Notes: generated from the sequence alone by a model not told the origin. Counted from the first letter of the stretch, positions 1 to 9,558 are shown. The stretch is DNA of 64,000 bases from Alphaproteobacteria bacterium (GCA_965227515.1 CBDDFZ010000002.1:1024001-1088000); one strand, 5' to 3'. Numbers and translations are program-made.

Positions 1-48
1 GCCATCGAACGGCCCGTCGCGGGTCAGGATCACATCGTGCTTGCGCAT
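1..48 (-). CDS. 5' end of an unknown protein (runs off window), MRKHDVILTRDGPFDG...
   Basis: ATG at 48 preceded by a GGAGG RBS, directly downstream of leuC; the N-terminus does not resemble LeuD. Confidence 0.55.
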   Translation of the reverse strand, partial: MRKHDVILTRDGPFDG

Positions 49-88
49 AGTTCGTCCTCCGGCCCCAGCCTGTCAATCCAACCGCCTA

Positions 89-1498
89 TCAGTCCATCAA
101 CGCGCGAACGTCGGCCAGCCGTCCGGTCAAGGCGGCAGCGGCGGCCATGGCGGGGCTGACCAGATGGGTGCGCCCGCCGCGGCCCTGCCGGCCCTCGAAA
201 TTGCGGTTCGACGTGCTGGCGCAGCGCTGCCCCGGTTCCAGCCGGTCGGCGTTCATCGCCAGGCACATGGAACATCCCGGCTCCCGCCATTCGAACCCGG
301 CCTCGATCAGCACGTCGGCGATGCCTTCGGCCTCCGCCTGCTGCTTGACCAGGCCCGAGCCCGGCACCACCAGGGCGCGCACGCCGCTGGCGACCGAGCG
401 GCCCTTGGCGACCTCGGCTACCGCGCGCAGGTCCTCAATGCGGCCGTTGGTGCATGAGCCGATGAACACGTGGTCGACCGCGATATCGGTGATCGCCTGT
501 CCGGCGGTCAGCCCCATATAGGCGAGCGCGCGCTCCATCGCCTCGCGCCGGCCCTCGGTGTCTGCGTCCTCGGGGTCCGGCACGACGCCGTCGATGGGGG
601 CGACATCCTGCGGGCTGGTGCCCCAGGTCACCTGCGGCGCTATCTCGTGCACGTCGAGCCGCACCTCGCTGTCGTAGGTCGCGCCGGGGTCGGAGGGCAG
701 GGTCCGCCAATAGGCGACCGCCTGCTCCCACTGTCCGGTCTTCGGCGCCATCGGGCGGCCCTTCAGATATTCGAACGTGGTCTCGTCCGGTGCGATCAGG
801 CCGGCGCGCGCACCACCCTCGATGGTCATGTTGCAGACCGTCATCCTGCCTTCCATCGACAGGTTGCGAATGGCCTCGCCCGCGTACTCGATGACATGGC
901 CGGTGCCGCCGGCGGTGCCGATCTTGCCGATAATCGCCAGCACCAGGTCCTTGGCGGTGCAGCCGAGGGGCAGGGCGCCGTCCACCGTGATGCGCATGTT
1001 CTTCAGCGGGCGCTGGATCAGCGTCTGGGTGGCCAGCACGTGCTCCACCTCCGACGTGCCGATGCCGAACGCCAGCGCGCCGAACGCGCCATGGGTGGCG
1101 GTGTGGCTGTCGCCGCACACGATGGTCATGCCCGGCTGGGTGAAGCCCTGCTCCGGCCCGATGATATGGACGATGCCCTGGCGCTCGTCGTCCATGCCGA
1201 AATACGGCACGCCGAAGTCGGCGCAGTTGCGCTCCAGCGTCTCGACCTGGATGCGGCTTTCCTCGTCGCTGATGCCTTGGGCGCGGTCGGTGGTCGGCAC
1301 GTTGTGGTCGGCGACCGCCAGCGTCGCATCGGGACGGCGCACCTTGCGGCCGGCGGCGGAAAGCCCGGCAAAGGCCTGCGGGCTGGTGACCTCGTGCACC
1401 AGGTGGCGGTCGATATAGATCAGGCACGTGCCGTCGTCGCGCCGATGCACCAGGTGCCCGGCCCAGATCTTGTCGAACAATGTTTGCGGTGGTGCCAT
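89..1498 (-). CDS. leuC: 3-isopropylmalate dehydratase large subunit
   Basis: [32 protein letters not shown] and [12 protein letters not shown] aconitase-family motifs. Confidence 0.98.
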   Translation of the reverse strand: MAPPQTLFDKIWAGHLVHRRDDGTCLIYIDRHLVHEVTSPQAFAGLSAAGRKVRRPDATLAVADHNVPTTDRAQGISDEESRIQVETLERNCADFGVPYFGMDDERQGIVHIIGPEQGFTQPGMTIVCGDSHTATHGAFGALAFGIGTSEVEHVLATQTLIQRPLKNMRITVDGALPLGCTAKDLVLAIIGKIGTAGGTGHVIEYAGEAIRNLSMEGRMTVCNMTIEGGARAGLIAPDETTFEYLKGRPMAPKTGQWEQAVAYWRTLPSDPGATYDSEVRLDVHEIAPQVTWGTSPQDVAPIDGVVPDPEDADTEGRREAMERALAYMGLTAGQAITDIAVDHVFIGSCTNGRIEDLRAVAEVAKGRSVASGVRALVVPGSGLVKQQAEAEGIADVLIEAGFEWREPGCSMCLAMNADRLEPGQRCASTSNRNFEGRQGRGGRTHLVSPAMAAAAALTGRLADVRALMD

Positions 1499-1616
1499 CA
1501 ATGCGTCCCTGCCGGTCTTGCCTCAAGGCACGCACACAAGACCGCGCGTCCGCCGCAGACTGGTGGAGTCCGGCGGGCGCCCCCCACGTGGATGCCCAAT
1601 GATCAGGCAGGGACGT
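1499..1616 (-). promoter_or_regulatory. candidate structured 5' leader of leuC that sequesters the RBS
   Basis: 10-bp perfect stem (1504-1513 with 1606-1615) covers the AGGGA RBS and encloses two hairpins (1514-1543, 1546-1580). Confidence 0.45.
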
Positions 1617-1699
1617 TTAGCGCCTCACGTCAGGCGCGGCAAGTGACTCGCCGTTAGGAAAACGAGCGCAAGAACGGTGGCAAGCGGCAGTGCGCCAGG

Positions 1700-2452
1700 C
1701 TATTGCGCCGTGCCGATCAGCGGCTCACGGCCGTAGATGTCGGCATATTGGCGCACCGTGCCGGTCTGGTCCGGGAAGCGCGTGTAGTAGCCCAGCGTGA
1801 CCGGGATGCCGTGGGCCGGCCAGTCGAAGGTGCGGCCGCCATTGGCGTTCTCGTGCACGTCGTCGATGCCGATATTCAGCGCCCAGGCGATCAACTCGTC
1901 CCAACGCTCCACCCGCACGCAGCCGTGCGACAGCGCGCGGTTGTCGCGATTGAACAGGTCGGGCCGGTTGGTGCTGTGCAGATAGATCAGCAGGCCCTCC
2001 TCCAGGCGCAGGGCGGCCAGTCCAAGCGGGTTGTTCGGTCCCGGCGGGCGCGTGTAGTCGCCATATTCGCCGCTGCGGACCATGTCGGGCGTGGGCCGCC
2101 AGGTCGGGCGGAAACGCACCACGGACGTGTAGGTGTTCATCACCGGCGTCGGATTGCGCGGGGAGCCGACGATGACGCGGCTGGTCAGCACCGGTTCGCC
2201 ATCCTCGAACGCGATCAGCTCGTAGCCCGGGATGTTGACCACGATCGCCTTGCCCTCTTGCGGCACGGCGATTGGAATCTGATGGCTGTCCAGCCATTGC
2301 TGGAACTGGGACACCACCGGTTCGGGCGGCGGCGGTGGCGCCGCGGTGGCCGTCTCCTGGTTCAACCGGGCTTCATAGGAAGTCGCATGTTGCGCACAAG
2401 CCGCCAGCGACGCGGCAACGAGTACGGCAACGGCCAGTTTGAGAGCATTCAT
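1700..2452 (-). CDS. L,D-transpeptidase family lipoprotein (YcbB-like catalytic domain)
   Basis: lipobox LAAC; IVVNIP, RVIVG, PGPNNPLG, IYLH and SHGCVRV motifs. Confidence 0.9.
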   Translation of the reverse strand: MNALKLAVAVLVAASLAACAQHATSYEARLNQETATAAPPPPPEPVVSQFQQWLDSHQIPIAVPQEGKAIVVNIPGYELIAFEDGEPVLTSRVIVGSPRNPTPVMNTYTSVVRFRPTWRPTPDMVRSGEYGDYTRPPGPNNPLGLAALRLEEGLLIYLHSTNRPDLFNRDNRALSHGCVRVERWDELIAWALNIGIDDVHENANGGRTFDWPAHGIPVTLGYYTRFPDQTGTVRQYADIYGREPLIGTAQ

Positions 2453-2674
2453 CGTCTCACCCCGCCAGTCATTGTCCTGCGACGCACCGGGCGGTGCATG
2501 CAGTAAACACACTTCCGCGCGCGGCGTTGCACCGGCGCGTTCGACCCCCGAGGACTCTTTCCCCAGAGTCATTATGTCGCAACATGACGGAAATTCATTA
2601 CCAAACCGCGACCTGCGCGCGCACAGGCGCGTGATTTTGCGCGAGTCGCGGGCTGTCGCTGCGGCCCAGGCACG

Positions 2675-2698
2675 CAAAAAGCCCGGCAAGGCCGGGCT
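2675..2698 (-). terminator. intrinsic terminator after rpsU
   Basis: AGCCCGGC-CTT-GCCGGGCT hairpin followed by a T-run on the minus strand. Confidence 0.75.
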
Positions 2699-2755
2699 CT
2701 CGCCAACTCGATACTGATAGGCTGCGGCGCGGGCGATACCCGAGCCGCCGGCTAA

Positions 2756-2959
2756 CTAGAAGCCTTCGCGCTCCATGCGCTTGCGGGCCAGCTTGCGCGC
2801 CCGGCGGATCGCTTCCGCCTTCTCGCGCGCCCGGCGCTCGGACGGCTTCTCGTAGTGGCGACGCAGCTTCATCTCGCGAAAGATGCCTTCGCGCTGCATC
2901 TTCTTCTTCAGCGCGCGGAGCGCCTGATCGACATTGTTTTCTCGGACCTGTACGTGCAC
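2756..2959 (-). CDS. rpsU: 30S ribosomal protein S21
   Basis: [23 protein letters not shown]...YEKPSE; GTG start chosen to match typical length. Confidence 0.97.
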   Translation of the reverse strand: MHVQVRENNVDQALRALKKKMQREGIFREMKLRRHYEKPSERRAREKAEAIRRARKLARKRMEREGF

Positions 2960-3224
2960 GTTCTCGTCACCTGCCATCAAACGAAATTAACCGCACACGT
3001 CGCATCCCTGCCACGTGCCGGTCGCAAATTCGGTTACATTCCGCTTGCCGCGTCGCTGCGGCAACATGGGGGACATAACACAGGGTAATCGTTGAAGCCA
3101 AGCTAATTGGCGATTGCGCCGTGAATGCGGCGCGCGGCGGTGTGCCCTCAATTTCCCGCCAATTTCCCGCGCGAACAGGCGCGCCAGGCTTTACGCGCGC
3201 CGGACCCATGCACATATTGCCGGA

Positions 3225-3794
3225 ATGGCCATTCTCAAGATCGCCCGCATGGGCCACCCCGTGCTGCAGGCGCGCGCCGCGCCGGTCGACGACCCGACCG
3301 CGCCCGACATTCGGCGCCTGATCGCCGACATGGTCGAAACCATGCATGACGCCGACGGTGCCGGGCTGGCCGCGCCACAGGTGCATGTCAGCCGACGCGT
3401 GGTGGTGTTCGAATCGCCACGCGCCCGCGACCCGGACAACGCCCAGGCACTGACGGTGCTGATCAATCCGGTCATCGAGCCGCTGACCGACGAGACCGAT
3501 CTGGGCTGGGAGGGCTGCCTGTCGGTCCCCGGCATGATGGGCCTGGTGCCCCGTGTGACCCGCATCCGCTATCGCGCCCACGACCACCAGGGCAATCTTG
3601 TCGAGCGCGAGGCCGAGGGCTTCCACGCCCGTGTCGTACAGCACGAGTGCGACCATCTGGACGGCATTCTCTACCCCATGCGGATGACCGATATGTCGAA
3701 GTTCGGCTTCGTGGAGGAAATCCAGCGCGGCATCGCGGCGGAGGAGAAGGCGGCAGCGCAGACCGGACAACCGGAAATGGAGCTGGCGGAATGA
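3225..3794 (+). CDS. def: peptide deformylase
   Basis: GAGLAAPQ, EGCLS and QHECDHLDG motifs. Confidence 0.96.
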   Translation: MAILKIARMGHPVLQARAAPVDDPTAPDIRRLIADMVETMHDADGAGLAAPQVHVSRRVVVFESPRARDPDNAQALTVLINPVIEPLTDETDLGWEGCLSVPGMMGLVPRVTRIRYRAHDHQGNLVEREAEGFHARVVQHECDHLDGILYPMRMTDMSKFGFVEEIQRGIAAEEKAAAQTGQPEMELAE

Positions 3795-4468
3795 GCGACC
3801 CGATCATGGCCGACCGCGACACCATCGTCGAAGCGATGCTGGCCGACGTGCCGTTCGACGGTTGGACCCTGGCGGTGGCGGACCGGGCGGCGCAGAACGC
3901 CGGCTTGCCGGCGGGCCGCGCGCGCGAGGTGTTCGGCGGCAGCGCGGTGCATCTGGTGCTGCACTACTGCGACATGGCCGACCGGCGGATGGTGGCGGCG
4001 CTGGCGGAGGCCGGGCTCGACACCATGAAGATCCGCGAGCGGATCGCGACGGCAGTCCGCATCCGGCTGGAAAATCACGCCGACGAGCGCGAGTGCGTCC
4101 GCCGCGCCCTGGCGGTGCTGGCGATGCCGATGAACACGCCCTATGCCATCCGCTCGCTCTATCGCACGGTCGACGCCATGTGGCGGGCGGCGGGCGATAC
4201 CTCCACCGACTTCAATTTCTACACCAAGCGGGCGTCGCTGGGCTGGGTCTACAGCACGACCCTGATGCACTGGCTGAACGACGGGTCGGAGGACCTGGCC
4301 AGCACCTGGGCGTTTCTGGATCGCCGGATTGCCGACGTGATGCGGATTCCGCAATGGCGCGGCAACATAAAGCGCGCATTCTCGATGGCGCCGAACCCTT
4401 GGCACGCCGTGCGAGCAGCGCGGACCGCGGCGCGCAATTCGGGCTTTCGCCGCCGCCCGATGGTGTAA
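3791..4468 (+). CDS. COQ9 family protein (rpsU-divergent, ubiquinone-related)
   Basis: VPFDGWT, KIRERI and AGDTSTDFNFYTKRA motifs; ATGA overlap with def. Confidence 0.9.
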   Translation: MSDPIMADRDTIVEAMLADVPFDGWTLAVADRAAQNAGLPAGRAREVFGGSAVHLVLHYCDMADRRMVAALAEAGLDTMKIRERIATAVRIRLENHADERECVRRALAVLAMPMNTPYAIRSLYRTVDAMWRAAGDTSTDFNFYTKRASLGWVYSTTLMHWLNDGSEDLASTWAFLDRRIADVMRIPQWRGNIKRAFSMAPNPWHAVRAARTAARNSGFRRRPMV

Positions 4469-4521
4469 ATCACAATGACCTGGTGACTACGATGGCTGCC
4501 TGATGTGGCCATGCATCCGGC

Positions 4522-5730
4522 TCAGTAGTCCAGATCCTCCAAGACGTCTTCCAGACTCCGCCACGGATTAGTGGCATCGCCGGCCAGTTCTCGACCGTAC
4601 GCAAAGAGCCAGGCCGCAATCACCGGATCGAACAGGGCAGCCGTATCGGCATTTTCGGGCGGGTCGCCAATACCGTCTCCAGTAGCCACCCTTACATTCC
4701 AGGTCCGATCCCGCGCGTAGAGCAGTGTTCGATACAGCGATTGTCGTAGTCCTTCGTTAAGAACGATCGATACAGTGCGGCCAGCCACTTGCAGCAAACC
4801 GTTCTCAACTTCATCCGATTTGAACCCGAGAGTGCCATTTACGATCATGTAAACATCGGTGTCGGCCAGAAATGCTGTGCGAGTGCTCTCCGCCGGTATT
4901 CGTAAAGCTAGTCTCTGCACAGCCTCGTCGAAGCCCGCGAGAAATATATGCTGGCGGGCGCCGCCGTCGACGTAGATCCCTTGATCGAAAAATCTCGGCG
5001 GAAATGCGACAGGGATGGCAGCGGACGCCATAACAGCCTCCGTTATGCACCTTCGTCGATCTTCGATGTCCACGTCCCACCGGCTGGCAATCCAGGTCAA
5101 ATTGAACGGCTGAAACACGCCGGACTTCAAGTCCGTAGCGCCGACCAAGAGCACCCTGCCGTTGTCGGCTGCGTCGCCAATCGCGCGGACAATTTCGGGC
5201 GAAATGACCTCGTACATGCGCTCGGCAAGCGGGGCGGTGTCGAGCAATGAATTACTGTACAGCAGGGACAGGCCCCGGCTGTCGTAGATGTCGTCCGGTG
5301 ACACCGAGCCCAGGTTCGCCTTCAGCACGTGGTCGTAGTCGGAGCCGAGGAATGCAAGAGGCGCGAGCACGGCACCCGCGCTGACGCCTGTCACTACATT
5401 CAGGTCAATGGGGCGAGGTGTTTGCGATGGCGGGCGGGCACTCCACCCATTCAGGAATCCGGCACCGAAAGAAACCCATTGGCCACCTGCCGACATGGCC
5501 AGATAGGTCAAGGGCTCCCCGGCTTCGGGGCTCGCGGACCGGAGCATCGCCTCGGCAATAGCGTTTGCCACAACGTCAATACTTCGCGCATCCGCCTGTT
5601 GCTGGGACAGCGCCAGTTCGGCTGTCGTGAGACCGCCGGGCTGCCCTTCAAAGCATGATATGGAAGGAGGCGGCGTCGACGTACATGCAGTCAATAGGGC
5701 CAGGGGAAGCAGTATTGTGCGACCAAACAT
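4522..5730 (-). CDS. patatin-like phospholipase, lipoprotein
   Basis: lipobox LTAC; SAGGQW oxyanion loop, GVSAG nucleophile, ASAAIP and DGG motifs; less GC-biased codons. Confidence 0.88.
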   Translation of the reverse strand: MFGRTILLPLALLTACTSTPPPSISCFEGQPGGLTTAELALSQQQADARSIDVVANAIAEAMLRSASPEAGEPLTYLAMSAGGQWVSFGAGFLNGWSARPPSQTPRPIDLNVVTGVSAGAVLAPLAFLGSDYDHVLKANLGSVSPDDIYDSRGLSLLYSNSLLDTAPLAERMYEVISPEIVRAIGDAADNGRVLLVGATDLKSGVFQPFNLTWIASRWDVDIEDRRRCITEAVMASAAIPVAFPPRFFDQGIYVDGGARQHIFLAGFDEAVQRLALRIPAESTRTAFLADTDVYMIVNGTLGFKSDEVENGLLQVAGRTVSIVLNEGLRQSLYRTLLYARDRTWNVRVATGDGIGDPPENADTAALFDPVIAAWLFAYGRELAGDATNPWRSLEDVLEDLDY

Positions 5731-5876
5731 ATCGGAGCCAACGATCGACAAAAGAATAGGACCGTCATATTGCCGAATGGCCGTGTGGTCAATCAATCAG
5801 TAGATTCAATCTATAGCCCATCCAGCTTGGCCCCCGTGACGCCTGTGCGAGAAGCGCTAGAAACGCACGGACGTTA

Positions 5877-6361
5877 CGGGGACCAGCCGGAGGCAACCTG
5901 GCAATCTAGTGTCGGCCAGCGCCGGGGCTGAGGGGCCAGCGCTGGCCGTAGTCGGTTAGGCGATCAGGCGCCGGAGCCGGTACCGCTGCCGGTGGACGCG
6001 TTGTTGATCTCGGTGGAGACGGTGTTGAACATGGTCTCCAGGCTGTCGCCCATGGTCGACAGCGCGGTGATGGCGGCGACCGACACCAGGGCGGCGATCA
6101 GGCCGTACTCGATTGCGGTTGCGCCGTCTTCTTCGGTCCAGAACTTCTTCCACATGGTCTTGCCTCCGTCCATGTACCTGGCAGGTGCCAGGGTGTTTTG
6201 CATGTCTTCGAGGTTTGTCTCGTCCTCGCAAAACAAATGTACCAAATCCGGGGCAGATTTTCCAGACATTCTATGTATCGAAATGTAAGAGACAATTTGT
6301 AATTAAGATAACATCAAATCAATTAACAAATAACGTTTGTACGATTTTTATATGAAATCTT
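5877..6361. repeat. copy 1 of the duplicated Flp-pilin module (3' region, gene, leader, AT-rich promoter region)
   Basis: colinear similarity to 8977-9476. Confidence 0.9.
5964..6155 (-). CDS. Flp/type IVb (Tad) pilin
   Basis: EDG|ATAIEYGLIAAL prepilin motif; GGAGG RBS. Confidence 0.95.
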   Translation of the reverse strand: MWKKFWTEEDGATAIEYGLIAALVSVAAITALSTMGDSLETMFNTVSTEINNASTGSGTGSGA

Positions 6362-6444
6362 GTGAGGTTGAGAGCAAGTGCCGAATGAGTGTCAGCGGGG
6401 TACGGTGCAGGATCGGCGGAACGCCGTTGGCGAGGGAGAAGGGA

Positions 6445-7110
6445 ATGGCGCAACCGGAGTTCTGGGTGTCGGTGGGCAGCACCTACAGCTACCTGACGGT
6501 GTCGCGCCTGCCGCAGATCGAGCGCGCGACCGGCGTGTCGTTCGACTGGCGGCCGTTCAGCGTGCGCGAGATCATGCTGGAAATGGACAACATCCCGTTC
6601 GCCAAGAAGCCGGTGAAGGCCGCCTATATGTGGCGCGACATCGAGCGGCGCGCGTCGATGTACGGGCTGCACCCGACGTTGCCGGCGCCGTATCCATTGC
6701 AAGAGTTCGATCTGGCGAACCGGGTTGCCGTGCTGGCCCGCGAGCAAGGCTGGTGCCGCGACTATGTGGTCGAGACCTACAGGCGCTGGTTCGAGCATGG
6801 CGAGCCTGCGGGTGGCCCGGACAACCTGGCCGCGACGGCGGCGGCGTGCGGCCAAGACCTCGAGCAGCTACTTGATGAGGCCAACTCCGACCGCATCGCT
6901 GCGGCCTACAAGGCCGCGACCGCGGAGGCGCGCGAGCGCGGCATCTTCGGCGCGCCGAGCTTCGTTTTCGACGGCGAGCTGTTCTGGGGCGACGACCGCC
7001 TGGACGACGCGCTGGCATGGCAGGCACGGGGCGCGGCGCCGACTTCCCCTCTCCCATCCGCAAGATGGGAGAGGGAGGGACCCGGCCGGCGAAGCCGGTT
7101 GGGAGGGTGA
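6445..7110 (+). CDS. 2-hydroxychromene-2-carboxylate isomerase / DsbA-family GST kappa
   Basis: GSTYSYL, YMWRDIERRA, GIFGAPSF and LFWGDDRL motifs. Confidence 0.88.
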   Translation: MAQPEFWVSVGSTYSYLTVSRLPQIERATGVSFDWRPFSVREIMLEMDNIPFAKKPVKAAYMWRDIERRASMYGLHPTLPAPYPLQEFDLANRVAVLAREQGWCRDYVVETYRRWFEHGEPAGGPDNLAATAAACGQDLEQLLDEANSDRIAAAYKAATAEARERGIFGAPSFVFDGELFWGDDRLDDALAWQARGAAPTSPLPSARWEREGPGRRSRLGG

Positions 7111-7271
7111 GGGTAGGCGCGGCATCTGGAACCGCACGGCATTCCGTCGAGGGCGCGGGATATTCGAGCCGCTGTCTGGCCAGACTGTATCGCGGCTTCG
7201 CCACGGCCCTCACCCTCCCGGCGCTTGACGCGCCGGGCCCCTCCCTCTCCCGCGATTGTCGCGGGAGAGGG
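7047..7271. repeat. inverted doublet of CCCTCTCCC..GGGAGAGGG / CCCTCACCC-type palindromic repeats
   Basis: 7047-7113 and 7207-7271 are inverted copies, each with two hairpins. Confidence 0.8.
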
Positions 7272-7298
7272 TCAGTCTGGCGGCGCGCGGCATGCCAC

Positions 7299-7643
7299 TT
7301 AGTGCGTCTGGGGCTTGCGAACGGTCCAATTTGCTATAAAATCAGGATCAATGACCACTTCTCCAGTGGAACGCAGACGGTACTCACCTGGGGCCGCCGG
7401 TTCAATCGACCGAGTGTCCGGGGGAAGCCTGAAGTCCTCATTCGCACGTGACCCTTCGAGGGTCAGATGAATGCCGTCTTGCCGATTTGCACGCGTAACC
7501 CGCCCGGAACACTGGGTCTGGGCCAACAGGCGGCCGTCGGCAGCGAATGTAGTAATGCCCACCAACATGATTTTGCCAACAAGACGTTCGGCCAGGCCTG
7601 AATCCCAGACGTCTGAAGGCGGTCTCTCATCGGCTGGTGTCAT
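7299..7643 (-). CDS. hypothetical protein (114 aa)
   Basis: ATG with GAGG RBS; globular-looking sequence ending GEYRLRSTGEVVIDPDF. Confidence 0.7.
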   Translation of the reverse strand: MTPADERPPSDVWDSGLAERLVGKIMLVGITTFAADGRLLAQTQCSGRVTRANRQDGIHLTLEGSRANEDFRLPPDTRSIEPAAPGEYRLRSTGEVVIDPDFIANWTVRKPQTH

Positions 7644-7708
7644 TTGGCATCCTCGCGCGCCGGTCTAGGATGACAAAGGTGGGTGAGCGTGCCTGGGAAA
7701 TCCGGCCT

Positions 7709-8770
7709 CTATGCCAGGTCGCCGTATTCCTTGATGTGCTCCGGGATCCGCTCGTTGGTGCCGTACATGAAGTGGTTCGACATGTTCTCCGAGTAGCGGC
7801 TGGCGGCCGGATGCAGGCCCACCGCCTCGGCGACCTGGCGGATCAGCATTGGCGAGGCGCCGCAGCACACGCCCAGATAGTTGATGCCGAGGTCGTAGGC
7901 TTCCTTGGCGAACGCGCCGACCTCGTAGCGGTTCATGTAGAGCGGATCGAGCGCGGTCGGGAACGTGCGGCCGTGCGGCGAAGGGCAGGTGCAGCCGTGA
8001 TTGTCCGACAGGTTGAAGAAGGTCGGCTCGTCCTCGGTGGTGCGGTAGGGGATCGGCAGCGCGCCGACATGGCATGACACCGCGGCCCTGATCTCCTTCA
8101 GGTACGGCATCATCGTGCCGGGCCCGCGGAAGCAGTTCATGCCGACCACGTCGGCGCCGCGCTGCTCCAGTTCCTTGCAGGTATCGATCACCGACACCTC
8201 GTCGCGCATCACGTTCTCGCCCATCGGCGCGATGGTCAGCACGCACGGCAGCCCGGACTTCTTCATCACGTCAAGCGCGCAATAGGCCTCGCCAGCGTAA
8301 TAGAAGGTCTCGCCGACCAGCATGTCGACGCCTTCCTCCACCGCCCAGCCGATCATTTCCTCGAACATGCCGCGCACGGCGTGCTGGGCCTGGGTGTCGA
8401 CCGGGTGCCAGATGTTGGTGTTGGAGATGTTGCCGGCGACCAGGTTCGGCTCGCCGTCGCCCACATCCTCGGCGACCTTCTTCGCGATCCGGAGGGCGGA
8501 GCGGTTCAGCGGCTCCAGCAATTCTTCCTTGCCGATGACCCGCATCTTCTCGCGGTGGCCGTTGTAGGTGAACGCTTCCACCACGTCGGAGCCGGCGTGC
8601 TGGAAATCACGGTGCAGGTTTTCCAGCGCCTCGGGATGTTCCAGCGCCACTTCCGGCACGAATTCGCCGGCGGTCAGATAACCGCGGCGCTCAAGCTCGA
8701 ACAGGAACCCTTCCGCGCAAATAACCGGACCCTGGTTCAGCCGGGTTACCAGATCACGTTTCGTCGCCAC
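7709..8770 (-). CDS. homocysteine S-methyltransferase (betaine-homocysteine methyltransferase-like)
   Basis: GMNC and GVCCG Zn ligands, PEVALEHPE motif; GTG start with GGAGG RBS. Confidence 0.9.
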   Translation of the reverse strand: MATKRDLVTRLNQGPVICAEGFLFELERRGYLTAGEFVPEVALEHPEALENLHRDFQHAGSDVVEAFTYNGHREKMRVIGKEELLEPLNRSALRIAKKVAEDVGDGEPNLVAGNISNTNIWHPVDTQAQHAVRGMFEEMIGWAVEEGVDMLVGETFYYAGEAYCALDVMKKSGLPCVLTIAPMGENVMRDEVSVIDTCKELEQRGADVVGMNCFRGPGTMMPYLKEIRAAVSCHVGALPIPYRTTEDEPTFFNLSDNHGCTCPSPHGRTFPTALDPLYMNRYEVGAFAKEAYDLGINYLGVCCGASPMLIRQVAEAVGLHPAASRYSENMSNHFMYGTNERIPEHIKEYGDLA

Positions 8771-8976
8771 CTTCGCCTCCCACCATGACGTGCGGCTGGG
8801 CCTCTGCCCACCGCCATATCGTAACGCGGAGGTCTTATCCGTGACGCGTGCCGATTTACAACAATGAAATTTGAGATCGAGGGAGGGCGGCTCTGCGGGC
8901 GCTTCGCCGGATTGGGCCCATCCAGCCTGGTCCCCGTGGCAACCGCGCGAGAAGCGCTTGGATCGCACAGTCGTAT

Positions 8977-9476
8977 CGGGGACCAGCCGGAGGCAACTTG
9001 AACACATGCGGCCAGCGCCGGGACTGGGGGTCCAACGCTGGCCGTCGTCTGCTGGGTAACTAGGCGCCGGAGCCGGTGCCGGTTCCGCTGCCGGAGGTCG
9101 CGTTGCTGACCTCGGTCGAAACGGTCGAGAACATGGTCTCCAGGCTGTCGCCCATGGTGGTCAGGGCGCCGATGGCGGCGACGGAGACCAGGGCGGCGAT
9201 CAGGCCATACTCGATTGCGGTTGCACCGTCTTCTTCAGTCCAGAACTTCTTCCACATGGCTTTGCCTCCGTCCATGTACCTGGCCATGTACCTGGGCATG
9301 TGCCAGGGTGTTTCGCATGTCATCGAGGTTTGTCTCGACCTCGCAAAACAAATATGGCAAAACCGAACGTCATTCGCTAGGAATTCTATGTATTGAAATG
9401 TAAGAAACAGATTGTATTTGAGGCAAGGGTAAATAAAGTCGTAAACAAAATTGCTGCGATTTTTATGAGAAATCTG
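8977..9476. repeat. copy 2 of the duplicated Flp-pilin module
   Basis: colinear similarity to 5877-6361; extra 12-bp tandem duplication at 9272-9295. Confidence 0.9.
9060..9257 (-). CDS. Flp/type IVb (Tad) pilin, second paralog
   Basis: MWKKFWTEEDGATAIEYGLIAALVSVAA, identical N-terminus to copy 1. Confidence 0.95.
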   Translation of the reverse strand: MWKKFWTEEDGATAIEYGLIAALVSVAAIGALTTMGDSLETMFSTVSTEVSNATSGSGTGTGSGA

Positions 9477-9503
9477 GAGAGTCGGCGTGGCGGGTAGGTT
9501 CAG

Positions 9504-9558
9504 CGTCATTGCGAGGAACTTCGGCTCGGCACGACCCGGATCGTCGCTTGGCAATCCC
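9504..9558. repeat. CGTC-tagged REP-like element
   Basis: CGTCATTGCGAGG...GCAATCCC pattern. Confidence 0.55.

Noticed and set aside
1620-1700. Leucine attenuator leader peptide
   Set aside because: No ORF with a Leu-codon run and no terminator/antiterminator pair
6228-6246. Sigma54 promoter (TGGTAC...TTGC) for pilin
   Set aside because: GG-GC spacing is 2 bp too long and the GG is not conserved in copy 2
6295-6340. CtrA boxes upstream of the pilin genes
   Set aside because: Only an imperfect TTAA-N7-TCAA in copy 1 and not clearly kept in copy 2; too weak to call
8771-8880. SAM/SAH or cobalamin riboswitch upstream of the homocysteine methyltransferase
   Set aside because: No recognisable consensus; only short GC-rich hairpins
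5964-9554. Long N-terminal extensions of the pilin ORFs in the ORF track
   Set aside because: GGAGG RBS directly precedes MWKKF; the upstream sequence is better explained as leader and promoter
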